NCBI GenBank assembly: GCA_963786935.1
Contig: CAWBAN010000004.1
Span: 256,001-320,000 of the forward strand
Origin: an uncultured bacterium
GTDB taxonomy: Bacteria > Krumholzibacteriota > Krumholzibacteriia > Krumholzibacteriales > Krumholzibacteriaceae
Length of the DNA stretch: 64,000 nt
Direction of reading: 5' to 3'
The translations under genes were made by a program, and so were the position numbers. Under the pieces are notes generated by a model. It did not search any database. It was not told where the DNA came from and worked only from the letters and a program-made list of their open reading frames with translations. Each line of letters starts with the position of its first letter. Positions within the stretch are counted from its first letter, which is position 1. Below, piece after piece: positions 9,240 through 18,616 of this stretch.

Positions 9240-11177
9240 CTACTTCGCGCCCGCTTCGAGCTCCTGAAGGAGCGGCTGGAATTCCCCGGTATCGGGAAAG
9301 TTCGATTCGGCGGTTCTCACGAGCGCGCGCCGTTCGTCGCGGCTCGTCATGCCGGCGAGGCGGTTCTTGATCTCGGCGGCAATGACGATCAGCTGCTGTT
9401 TCGCGTGCGCGTCGGCCGAATCCGACGCGAGGGCCCGCGTGTACATCGCCGCGGCGCTGTACCCGTCCCGCGAGAGCAGCACGTTGTTCGCGTAGTAGAT
9501 GTCGCCGGCGATGCCGAGAATGCCGGGAGCCTTCTCGGGCAGCGCGGCGGCCAGTCGCAGCGCCCGATCGGCGGACTCCCGGGACCTGCTTTCCGCGAAG
9601 CTCTTCCGCATCGCCTCGTCGACGGTCTTCAGCAGATAATCCTCCGCGGGCTTGTCGTCGGGGAAGGCTTTGATGATCGTCGCATAGACCGCGGCGGCGT
9701 TGTCTTCGCCGTCACCGAGTAGGCGAGCGCCGTCGGAGTATTTCTTACCGCGCTGGTAGAGGTTGTCCCGCTTCATCTCGGGGAAGTACGAGACGGCGTT
9801 GTCCATGAAGCGGCGATATCCCCGGTAGTCCCCCTTCTTGAACATCGCGTCGGCGTTCTTGATGTGCCAGTTGTATATCTTCTGCATGCCGCGCTGCGCG
9901 AGCCGGTTCCCCGGATCGATGTCGCGGATCGTCTCGAGCTTCGCGAGGGCGCCGTCGATGTTTCCCGCGTCGGTCATCGCGGCGGCCTCCCCGTAGAGCT
10001 TTTTCACCCGCTCGACGGCGATGGCGTCGAGCTTCGCCGGGCCGGCGGACGGCTCGGGCAGGGTGCCGGTGTAATGCCCCCCGCGGGAGAACAGCGAAAC
10101 GACGTTGAAATCGCGCCGTTCGAGCCCGTGCCACAGGCTCATGATTCCGAGATATGCCGCGCCGAGCACGACGATCACGACGGCGGCCTTGATGAGGAGC
10201 CGCTTCGCGCGGCCGGAGAGCGCCGGCGGTTTCGGCGCGGCATCAGCCTCCGCGGCGGGGGGCTGCCCGGCGCCGGACGGTGCCGCCTGCTTGGCGTCGA
10301 CGGGCTTGCCGGCCTGCTTCGCAGCGGCCGGCTTGTCGGCGGGAGACGTGCCGGCGGGAGGCGCCGCGGTCTCTTCCGCCCGAGGCTCTCCCGAGAAAAT
10401 CGCGCCCGCGCATTCCGGCCGGTCCTCGGGGGATTTCTCCATGCACCAGAGGATGAGCTCCTGGAGCTCCGGACTGACGGCCGCGTTGATCTCGCAGGGG
10501 GGCCGGGGGTCGTCCATCGCGATCTGCCGCAGGACGGAGAGCGTGTTCTCCCCCTTGAACGGCAGCTCCCCCGTCGCCATCTCGTACATGATGACGCCGA
10601 GGGAATAGATGTCGCTCTTCGAGGACGCGGGCTCGCCGCGCGCCTGCTCGGGGCTCATGTAGGCCGGCGTGCCGAGCACCGAGCCGTCGAGCGTGAGGTT
10701 CTGTTTCAGGTCGGTGGCCTTGGCGATGTCGAAATCCATCAGAACGGGCGTGCCGTCTTCCTTGACGATGACGTTCGGGCTCTTGATGTCCCGGTGAATG
10801 ATGCCGGCGCCGTGGGCGTAATCGAGCGCGGCGGCCAGCGGCCTGATGATCTCCTCGATCTCCCGCGCGGCGTAGGGACCGTGCTTCTTGATCCGGTCGT
10901 CGAGCGTCTCGCCGCGGAGGAACTCCATCACGATATAATGGCTGCCCTGCTCCTCGCCGACGTCGAACACGGGGATGATGTTGGGATGCTTGAGGCGCGC
11001 GGCGCTCCGGGCCCCGTTGACGAACCGCTTCACGAACTCTTCGTCGTGCGTGAACTCCTGATGGAGCACCTTGACGGCGACGTCGTTGTGGAGGAGCTTG
11101 TGCCGCCCCCGATAAACGACGGCCACGCCCCCCCGTCCGACCTCCTCGATGATCTCGTATTTGTCGAGCTGGATCAC
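9240..11177 (-). CDS. Membrane Hanks-type Ser/Thr kinase with periplasmic TPR-like helical domain
   Basis: GRGGVAVVY, VAVK, HRDIKSPN, DFDIAK and GTPAYMSPEQ; TM AAVVIVVLGAAYLGIM; helical repeats after it. GTG start behind a GGAAGGA RBS. Confidence 0.92.
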   Translation of the reverse strand: MIQLDKYEIIEEVGRGGVAVVYRGRHKLLHNDVAVKVLHQEFTHDEEFVKRFVNGARSAARLKHPNIIPVFDVGEEQGSHYIVMEFLRGETLDDRIKKHGPYAAREIEEIIRPLAAALDYAHGAGIIHRDIKSPNVIVKEDGTPVLMDFDIAKATDLKQNLTLDGSVLGTPAYMSPEQARGEPASSKSDIYSLGVIMYEMATGELPFKGENTLSVLRQIAMDDPRPPCEINAAVSPELQELILWCMEKSPEDRPECAGAIFSGEPRAEETAAPPAGTSPADKPAAAKQAGKPVDAKQAAPSGAGQPPAAEADAAPKPPALSGRAKRLLIKAAVVIVVLGAAYLGIMSLWHGLERRDFNVVSLFSRGGHYTGTLPEPSAGPAKLDAIAVERVKKLYGEAAAMTDAGNIDGALAKLETIRDIDPGNRLAQRGMQKIYNWHIKNADAMFKKGDYRGYRRFMDNAVSYFPEMKRDNLYQRGKKYSDGARLLGDGEDNAAAVYATIIKAFPDDKPAEDYLLKTVDEAMRKSFAESRSRESADRALRLAAALPEKAPGILGIAGDIYYANNVLLSRDGYSAAAMYTRALASDSADAHAKQQLIVIAAEIKNRLAGMTSRDERRALVRTAESNFPDTGEFQPLLQELEAGAK

Positions 11178-11230
11178 GTTCGTTCCTTCCGGCGCCGTCG
11201 TCGTCGCGGTCGAGACTCCTTCGGGGCGCG

Positions 11231-11295
11231 ATTTTACTACGCCGGTTCCCGCCGCACAAGGGTATCTTGACCGCATTTCGGAATTGCTCTACAAT
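11231..11295. promoter_or_regulatory. Back-to-back sigma70-type promoters of the two kinases
   Basis: Plus strand: TTGACC(11267)-N17-TACAAT(11290). Minus strand: TTGTGC(11259)-N17-TAAAAT(11236). Confidence 0.6.
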
Positions 11296-11327
11296 GGGCC
11301 GTCATCGTCGAAGGGAACCTGTTCTCA

Positions 11328-13187
11328 ATGAAATGCACGAACTGCAATTTCCGAAACACTCCCCGGGCCCGCTACTGCGTTCAGTGCGGGACGGAGCTCA
11401 CCCCGACGGGGCCCTCCCCCGAGACCGTCCGGTCGTCCTTCCGGGAGATCGAGCGCGGCGCCACGCTGTTCGGGCGCTACGAGGTCATCGAGGAGATCGG
11501 ATCGGGCGGGATGGGCAGCGTCTATCGCGTCGTCGACCAGCAGATCAACGAGGTCATGGCCCTGAAGATCATCAGGCCCGACATCGCGATGGACAGCGAA
11601 GTTATCGAGCGGTTCACCCAGGAGCTCAAGACGGCGCGGAAGATCGCCCACCGGAACGTCTGCAGGATGTTCGACATCGGCGAGGACGACGGGACGCACT
11701 ACATCACGATGGAGTACGTCACGGGGGAGGACCTGCGGAGCCTCGTCAAGCGGATCGGCCAGATGACCGTCTCCAAGACGATCGACATCGCGAAGCAAAT
11801 ATGCGCGGGTCTCGCGGAAGCGCACGCCGTGGGCGTGATCCATCGCGATTTGAAGCCCCAGAACATCATGATCGACCGCAACGGCAACGTCAAAATCATG
11901 GATTTCGGTATCGCCCGGTTCGTCAGGACGAAGGGTATCACGACAACCGGAACCATCATCGGCACGCCCGAGTACATGTCGCCGGAGCAGGCGGAGGGAA
12001 AAGGCGTGGATCAGCGGTCCGACATCTATTCTCTCGGGATCGTGCTCTTCGAGGCCGCCACCGGGGCGGTGCCGTTCGAGGGAGAAACGCCCCTCGGCGT
12101 CGCGATGAAGCACAAGCTGGAAGCGGCGCCCGATCCGCGGCAGTTCAACGCGCAGATACCGGCCGACCTCAGCGGGCTGATCCTGAAGTGCCTCGAGAAA
12201 GAGAAGGAGGACCGGTATCAGACGGTCGCCGAGATCATCGCGGAGCTCGACGCGATCGAGACGGGGACCGCGAGCCGGCAGAAGACCGGAAAGGCCGGCA
12301 CGGAGAAGCGGCGAAGCACGACGCGCAAGCTCGCACGGAAGAAATCCGGCCTCGAGAAGGCTCTGATCCCCGGCGCCGCCCTTCTGCTCGTGGCCGCCCT
12401 CGCGTTCGGCGGGTGGAAGATCTGGCTGCACGGGAAGCCGTCGGGCGAGGGAGTAACCGAGCCCGGGACGGTCGCGCTCGAAACGGGGGCCGCGGAGAAG
12501 AGGACGGATGCGGCGGCCGAGACGCCGGCGGGACAGGCTCAGGTTCCCGCCGCGGCCAAAGAGGAGCCCCGCGCGGGCGCGGAGGCGGCGAAGTCCGAAG
12601 AAGGAACGCCGGGCGGCGTCGTCGCTTCGGAGCAGAAAGTGCCTTCCGGGGCCGCGGCAGGAGACGAGGCGAGCCGGCAGAGCGAGATCGCGGAGAGCGT
12701 CGCGCGCGGCCTGACGGCGGCCCAGCGGGCGTTCGACCGGGGAAGCTATCAGGAATGCCTGAATCAGGCGCAGGCCGTTCTGAAGATCGATCCGCAGAAC
12801 TCGCAGGCCCGGAACTACGCGGTTCTCGCCGGGGAGAAGCTGGCCGAGGCGGAGATCGGCTCTCTCGTCGATCAGTACGCCCAGGCCCTCAACACGAACG
12901 GGCTGATTCAATTCTACCGGATGCGCTGCACGCCCAAGCTCTTCGCGGAGATCGGGCAGGAAACCGAGCTGTTCACCAGCCTGTACGAGAATTTCAAATG
13001 CACGGTCTCGAGCAAAAGCATCCGGGTGACGGCGCGGGATCGGGCGGAGGCGACGTTCACCCAGCGGCTCCTCGGGACGCGGAAAGGGACGGGGAGCGAG
13101 CAGGAGCTGTCGAAGGGAACGGTGCTGTGGAACCTCGAAAAGCAAGGGCAGAGCTGGAAGATATCGAAAACAGAGTTCAAGCAATGA
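11328..13187 (+). CDS. Membrane Ser/Thr kinase with N-terminal zinc ribbon, TM and periplasmic TPR plus probable NTF2-like domain
   Basis: CTNC...CVQC; GSGGMGSVY, HRDLKPQN, DFGIA and GTPEYMSPEQ; TM ALLLVAALAFGGWKIW; TPR-like AQRAFDRGSYQECLNQAQAVLKIDPQN. Confidence 0.92.
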   Translation: MKCTNCNFRNTPRARYCVQCGTELTPTGPSPETVRSSFREIERGATLFGRYEVIEEIGSGGMGSVYRVVDQQINEVMALKIIRPDIAMDSEVIERFTQELKTARKIAHRNVCRMFDIGEDDGTHYITMEYVTGEDLRSLVKRIGQMTVSKTIDIAKQICAGLAEAHAVGVIHRDLKPQNIMIDRNGNVKIMDFGIARFVRTKGITTTGTIIGTPEYMSPEQAEGKGVDQRSDIYSLGIVLFEAATGAVPFEGETPLGVAMKHKLEAAPDPRQFNAQIPADLSGLILKCLEKEKEDRYQTVAEIIAELDAIETGTASRQKTGKAGTEKRRSTTRKLARKKSGLEKALIPGAALLLVAALAFGGWKIWLHGKPSGEGVTEPGTVALETGAAEKRTDAAAETPAGQAQVPAAAKEEPRAGAEAAKSEEGTPGGVVASEQKVPSGAAAGDEASRQSEIAESVARGLTAAQRAFDRGSYQECLNQAQAVLKIDPQNSQARNYAVLAGEKLAEAEIGSLVDQYAQALNTNGLIQFYRMRCTPKLFAEIGQETELFTSLYENFKCTVSSKSIRVTARDRAEATFTQRLLGTRKGTGSEQELSKGTVLWNLEKQGQSWKISKTEFKQ

Positions 13188-13219
13188 AGAAGGAAGCATA
13201 AACGGACCTGACGCGGGAG

Positions 13220-14245
13220 ATGGATATGAAGACACGTCTCTGGATAGGATGCCTGCTCGGATTCGCGATCCTGTGCCTCGGCGCGGCGGCGGTTTCGGCG
13301 CAGGGGGAGCCCGTGAAGATCACGGTCGCTGTCGCGGACGCGACGATCCATGCGGGGCCGAGCCTCGAAACGCAGGTCATCGAGCGGCCGACCGTCGGAA
13401 GCGTTTACGAGGTGGTTCAGAAGACCGGTGAATGGTACGAGGTCAAGCTTCCCTCCCGTCTCGGCATGACCATGACGGGCTTCATTCACGTGAAGTTCCT
13501 CGGGCAGGCCGCAGGAGAGGCGAAAGAGGAAGAGGCTCCGGCCGCCGCCGGAGCGGCGCAGACCGCCGCGGCGAAGCGGTTCAATATCAGCGTCGGTTTT
13601 CTCTATCAGGCCCAGAAGGGGTATGACTACGTGTTCAGCTATCCTTTCTACCGTACGACGCTCGGGATATACGACGCCGTGGACGGTCACAGCGCGTTCG
13701 GCTTTCAGGCGGGCGCCGGATACTTCATCACGAACAGCATCCAGCTGGAGCTCGGATTCGGCTATTCGTCGGCGTCCCCGGAAGGCATCTACGGAGCGGA
13801 TCTTCCCGTCGATACCCTCCACAACGAGCACGGGGAGGCTCCGGTCGATCACAAGTTCAGCGAGATGGTCATCAGCTTCGGTCTGAATTATCACTTCCTG
13901 CACGAAGGCCAGGCGCGTCCCTATATCGGGGCCGGCGGGAGCTACATCAGCAGCAAGATGGAATTCATAGAAGACTTTGAACTCGATTACACGACCCAGG
14001 TCGATGTCTCCGAGCCCGTCCTCTCCGAAGAGACCGTCAGCACCTTCGGATTCTACGGCAAAGCCGGCCTGGACTACCTCGTCTCGGAGTCCATCGCCAT
14101 ATTCGGCGAGGCGCGATATACGCTCGCCGGGGAAGAGGAAGTGTCCCAGCCCTTCCTGAGCGAGATCGAAATGTTCGAGGACGAGGTCGTGGACGTCGAC
14201 CTCGGCGGGTTCTCGGCGACGTTCGGGGTCAAGTTCCGCTTCTGA
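13220..14245 (+). CDS. Exported protein: SH3b domain plus outer-membrane beta-barrel (OmpW/OMP_b-brl-like)
   Basis: Signal peptide; SH3b-like IHAGPS...YEVVQKTGEWYEV...TGFIH; alternating beta strands, RPYIGAGGSY, and terminal GVKFRF. Confidence 0.75.
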   Translation: MDMKTRLWIGCLLGFAILCLGAAAVSAQGEPVKITVAVADATIHAGPSLETQVIERPTVGSVYEVVQKTGEWYEVKLPSRLGMTMTGFIHVKFLGQAAGEAKEEEAPAAAGAAQTAAAKRFNISVGFLYQAQKGYDYVFSYPFYRTTLGIYDAVDGHSAFGFQAGAGYFITNSIQLELGFGYSSASPEGIYGADLPVDTLHNEHGEAPVDHKFSEMVISFGLNYHFLHEGQARPYIGAGGSYISSKMEFIEDFELDYTTQVDVSEPVLSEETVSTFGFYGKAGLDYLVSESIAIFGEARYTLAGEEEVSQPFLSEIEMFEDEVVDVDLGGFSATFGVKFRF

Positions 14246-14260
14246 TCGGAGTGGTTCGCC

Positions 14261-15319
14261 ATGCCCGGAAAGCCGGCTGCGCGTGTAGGTGATCTGACGG
14301 CGCACGGCGGGTCGATCGTCGGCCCCGGCGCCCCGACGGTCATGATCGGGGGCAAGCCCGCCTCGGTCGTGGGGGACATGCACGTCTGCCCCATGGTGAC
14401 CCCGGCGGTTCCTCCGGTTCCGCACGTCGGCGGGCCGGTTCTTCCTCCGGGCGTTCCGACGGTGCTCATGATGGGGAAGCCCGCCGTCTGCGTGGGGGAT
14501 ATGGCCACGTGCACCGGGCCTCCCGATACTATTCTGCCCCCCGGTTGCCCGACCGTGCTGATCGGGAGCGGCGGCGGAGGCGGCGGCGCGGGGAGCCCGG
14601 GGAGCGGCGGTGGGGGCGCCAAGGCGAAGGCGGCCGAATCGAAGGTCGAGGAAGGCCACTTCCTCGACGTCAAGTTCACCGACAAAGCCGGCAAGCCCAT
14701 CGCCGGCGTGGGCTATACCGTCAAGGGGCCGGGAGGCGCGGCGGGGGAAGGGGTCGTCACGGGGCAGGTCAAGAAATCGGGCGTCGAGCAGGGGAGCTAC
14801 GAGATCGCCCTGCGGGCGATAACCAAGGCGGAATGGTCGACTGAAAAAGCGATGGTCGGCGACAAGGTGAAATTGATCGCCGAGACGGCGGGCATTCCGG
14901 CGGGGGAGAAGGCCGAGCTCGAGATCTTCGTCAAGGACTTGAACGCAGCCGATCATCTTCTGGAGAAGCTCGACGCGCAGGTCAAGAGCGACAAGATCGA
15001 AGGAGAATGGGAGCTCGCCGTCGAAGGCCCGTTCCTTGCTGATCAGGACGGGAAGCGCGAGAAGGGCGCCTACGTCTCGCCGAAGTTCTACTTCGTCGTC
15101 AAGGCGGGGGGCCTGACCGCGCGCTCCAAGATCCTGAGCATCAAGGATTACTTCGAGATGGAGTTGATCGGCGACGACGGGAATCCCGTCGGCGGAGCGA
15201 AATATCGCGCCATCCTTCCGGATGGAACCATCAAAGAGGGAACGCTCGATTCCAAAGGGTACGCGAAGTTGGAGAAGGTGCCGCCCGGCAGGGTCGAGGT
15301 GACTTTCACGGTCGAGTAG
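14261..15319 (+). CDS. paar: PAAR spike-tip protein with C-terminal extension containing two transthyretin-like (TTR) domains
   Basis: KPAARVGDLTAHGG, KPASVVGD..VC, KPAVCVGD..TC; Gly linker; two D..GxPxxGxxY beta domains. Confidence 0.92.
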   Translation: MPGKPAARVGDLTAHGGSIVGPGAPTVMIGGKPASVVGDMHVCPMVTPAVPPVPHVGGPVLPPGVPTVLMMGKPAVCVGDMATCTGPPDTILPPGCPTVLIGSGGGGGGAGSPGSGGGGAKAKAAESKVEEGHFLDVKFTDKAGKPIAGVGYTVKGPGGAAGEGVVTGQVKKSGVEQGSYEIALRAITKAEWSTEKAMVGDKVKLIAETAGIPAGEKAELEIFVKDLNAADHLLEKLDAQVKSDKIEGEWELAVEGPFLADQDGKREKGAYVSPKFYFVVKAGGLTARSKILSIKDYFEMELIGDDGNPVGGAKYRAILPDGTIKEGTLDSKGYAKLEKVPPGRVEVTFTVE

Positions 15320-15350
15320 CGTTTCCCTGGAGCGATCACAAAGCTGAAAT

Positions 15351-18300
15351 ATGGCCCCTCCGGTAACACATACCAAGAACTCCTTCTCCCTCCACCGGAA
15401 AACGGTCAACATCATCGAGCTCGGCAAGGGACTCTTCAACAAGGAGAGCCCGATTCTCATGCCGGGGAGGCTGAAGAACGACGACGGACCCTCGGACGAG
15501 CTGTCCGACATGAACGCCGTTTCGGCGCACGCCGGCATCACGGCGCTCGCCGCCGCGTACAAACAGTTCGAATTCGATGCGAGAAAGCAGATCGTCATCG
15601 CGGGGCACGCCGCCGGGGAGAGCGGCGACGTCAAGAAGCACTTCGATCTCGCCGCGCTGCGGGCGCGGAACGTCTATCTGCTCCTGACGGGCCAGCGGGA
15701 GCAGTGGGCCGCCGGCTGCTATGCCGGCCAGAAGCTCGAGGACGTGAAGCGGATCCTCATGTATTTCGCCCTGAGGCGGCTCGGGTGGGACTGCCGCGAC
15801 AAGGGGGGAATCAACGCGAACTGGACCGACGACACGACCAAGGCCACGGAGAAATTCATCGCCGGCTACAACAAGGACGCGAAGCACGCGGTGAAGCTCG
15901 CCGCGGGGCTCGCCGCCGGCGCCGCGAAAGACAAGAAATGGTCGCCCGACCTCTGGAAGGCCGTCTTTACGCTGTACCAGGAGGATATCTGCACTTCGCT
16001 GAAGATCGCGCCCCCCGATCCCGCGAAGCTCCCGCTCCGGAAGCTCCGGTTCGCGATGCGCGGGAGGGAGTGCGTGGCGTGCGGGGAATCGTTCCCGCTC
16101 AAGGTCGACAAGAGCGGCTATCAGAAGGATAAGTACCGCCGCGTGGACATCATGTTCTGGAATCCGAAGGAAGTGCCGGGGGTGCGGAAGGGGTCGCGAC
16201 GCTTCGTCTGCCCGGCCGCGGGCGCGGCCGCCCACCAGTCGAAGGAATGCCCCATCTGGTATCAGAAGCACATCAAGGCCGTCTACCTCGATCCCGATAA
16301 AGAGCTCAAATTGATCGCATATCACCTCACGTTCACCTACTACGACAAGATCGCCGGCAAGGTCGACAAGGTGCCGGGCGGGCTCACGATCGAGGCCTAT
16401 CATTACGTGGGAGTCGGCGCGGCGAAGACGCTGACCCCGATCGACGCGATGCTCGACTACAGCGACGGGGTGTACACCCTCAAGGTCGAAGACGATTCGA
16501 CGCGCAAGAACATCTTCTTCCAGTTCAATACGCAGGACCCGGCGAAGCCCACCACGCTCATGTGGGTGTTCCGGAAGGACCAGAACGCCGAACCCGTCAT
16601 CGTCGAGAAGCAGACGGGGCCGGTCAAGTCGATGGGGACCGCGGAGCGGTTCAAGTACTACGATCTGCCGAAGCTCTGGTCGTCGGAGAACTACTGGACG
16701 CGCTATAAATCGGGAAACGACTACGAAGCGTTCCGGTACGATACCGTCATGAAGACCAAGAAGACGCTCAAGCCGTACGGGGGAAAGACCACGGCCGCGA
16801 CCGATCCGCTCTTTTTCTCGCTCAACGACATCGTGCTGATCAAGGCCGACGGATCGCAGATCGTCAAGGATAAGGACGCCGCGGACGTCGAAAAGGCGCT
16901 CTCGGCCGATTCGCGCGTCACGCTCCTCTATCTGGACAAGGACGACAAGTTCAAGGTCAAGATCTATGCGCCGCGGGCGGAAGCCCCCTACTTCAGCAAG
17001 CCCGATTTCACCGAGAACCTGATTTACAACTACCATCCCTCGACCCGCGCCATCATATTCTGCGGCGATTTCTACCACGCCTACGACAAGCGGACGGAAA
17101 AGACCGGCACGTTCGATTTCGCCAAGAAGCACGTGCTCGGGGCGCGGGCAGCGTTGATCAACGACGCGGACATAAGCGCCAAGGAGTCGTTCATCCTCAC
17201 CACGGACGCCAATCGCACGAACGCCTACTCGGGGGCCGGCTGCGGCAACTACGATCTGCATTTCATTTACCGCTGCGGTCTGTCGAAGGGAAAGAACGTG
17301 AGCGCCCTGATTCTCTACTGGTCCGGGAGCTTCAAGAAGGACGCCGCGAACGGCGGGACCGACGCCGACGCGCAGCTGTTCCTCGAGAAGGGCCTCCTGA
17401 ACGCGATGAACCGGAACAACGCCAAGGACTACACGCTCGCGAAGCACACCGGCACGCGCGACATGCTCATCAAGATGTTCATCTTCTACGAGGGGAAGCA
17501 CAAGGACCGCGGGGGCAAGCCGAAGTGCGTCTTGAAGGTCCGCGACAACAACGGGGGGAGCTCGATCGGGGCAGCCGCCGCGACCTATCGCAAGGGGGCT
17601 GCCGAGGTCGAGGCGAAGCACTTCCAGGCGGGGCCCACCGCGCCGGCGGATCCCCTGAACAGCGTGGCCGACTACGACGGATCGAAGACCAAGCGACTCG
17701 TCGGGGCCCACGAGTCGGGGCACGCCTCGGGTTGGGATGACGAATATCTCAAGTTCCTTGACGACAAGGACGCGCTGCCGAGCTTGCAGGAAATGCAGGG
17801 CTACTACAAGCATGCCGGGGGCGCCTATTACCACGGGGCGCCCTACAGCCTCGACAAGCTGACGATCATGAGCAGCAACCACGCGGTGCGGATGCGCCAT
17901 TTCTGGTACTACGTGAACTGGCTGAACGACATGGGCCAGGCGACCAAGCCGCTCCACAAGTTTCTCGACGGGACGAAATTCAAGATAACCTTCAAGGATC
18001 TGAACTACGAATTGATCACGAATCGGAAGCTGCACGAGTCGGCGCACCAGAAGGATTACTACAGCTTCACGGCCGATTCGAAGGCCGACATGATTCTCTA
18101 CAAGCTGGGCGAGGACGAGTTCGCCAAGACGATCACGAGCGGCCAGACATACACGGGGATTCTGATCGTCCGCACCAACCTCTCGGCCCGGTTCACGCCG
18201 GGCGCGTCGTGGACGGACGAGAACCAAGTCAACTGGCTCGGGGATCTGCACAAGCGTATCAACGTGATGCTGAACAAGAAGTACCGGCTCGCGTGCACCG

Positions 18301-18611
18301 GCGACGCCGACCATGCGTTCAAAAACGTGGCGCTGCACTTCATGCCGCACTACGAGATCCGGGGAGGCGCTGCCTCCATGGCCGGCATGCATTTCAAGCT
18401 GGAAGTGAAGGACGATACCGCCGGAACGTTTACGCCGGCGGGGACGACCATTACGGTGAGCAAGAACGTCGCCATGAAGAAGGTCATCAGGTACTTTTTC
18501 GGAAAGACGACCGGCGCCGACGATCTGGGGAAGGCCGACCTGACCAAGATAACGGATTGGATGGCCGACGCGTCGGTGACCGGCAAGGCATTCGCGTTCA
18601 GGGAGCTCTGA
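15351..18611 (+). CDS. Putative T6SS effector: degenerate OmpA_C-like plus PG-binding-like N-terminus and a C-terminal zinc metallopeptidase
   Basis: No signal peptide; directly after PAAR. IVIAGH..LAALRARNV...CGESFP...YRRVDIMF resembles OmpA_C. HESGHASGWDDEY near 17709, followed by a TIMS Met-turn. Confidence 0.65.
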   Translation: MAPPVTHTKNSFSLHRKTVNIIELGKGLFNKESPILMPGRLKNDDGPSDELSDMNAVSAHAGITALAAAYKQFEFDARKQIVIAGHAAGESGDVKKHFDLAALRARNVYLLLTGQREQWAAGCYAGQKLEDVKRILMYFALRRLGWDCRDKGGINANWTDDTTKATEKFIAGYNKDAKHAVKLAAGLAAGAAKDKKWSPDLWKAVFTLYQEDICTSLKIAPPDPAKLPLRKLRFAMRGRECVACGESFPLKVDKSGYQKDKYRRVDIMFWNPKEVPGVRKGSRRFVCPAAGAAAHQSKECPIWYQKHIKAVYLDPDKELKLIAYHLTFTYYDKIAGKVDKVPGGLTIEAYHYVGVGAAKTLTPIDAMLDYSDGVYTLKVEDDSTRKNIFFQFNTQDPAKPTTLMWVFRKDQNAEPVIVEKQTGPVKSMGTAERFKYYDLPKLWSSENYWTRYKSGNDYEAFRYDTVMKTKKTLKPYGGKTTAATDPLFFSLNDIVLIKADGSQIVKDKDAADVEKALSADSRVTLLYLDKDDKFKVKIYAPRAEAPYFSKPDFTENLIYNYHPSTRAIIFCGDFYHAYDKRTEKTGTFDFAKKHVLGARAALINDADISAKESFILTTDANRTNAYSGAGCGNYDLHFIYRCGLSKGKNVSALILYWSGSFKKDAANGGTDADAQLFLEKGLLNAMNRNNAKDYTLAKHTGTRDMLIKMFIFYEGKHKDRGGKPKCVLKVRDNNGGSSIGAAAATYRKGAAEVEAKHFQAGPTAPADPLNSVADYDGSKTKRLVGAHESGHASGWDDEYLKFLDDKDALPSLQEMQGYYKHAGGAYYHGAPYSLDKLTIMSSNHAVRMRHFWYYVNWLNDMGQATKPLHKFLDGTKFKITFKDLNYELITNRKLHESAHQKDYYSFTADSKADMILYKLGEDEFAKTITSGQTYTGILIVRTNLSARFTPGASWTDENQVNWLGDLHKRINVMLNKKYRLACTGDADHAFKNVALHFMPHYEIRGGAASMAGMHFKLEVKDDTAGTFTPAGTTITVSKNVAMKKVIRYFFGKTTGADDLGKADLTKITDWMADASVTGKAFAFREL

Positions 18612-18616
18612 GAACG

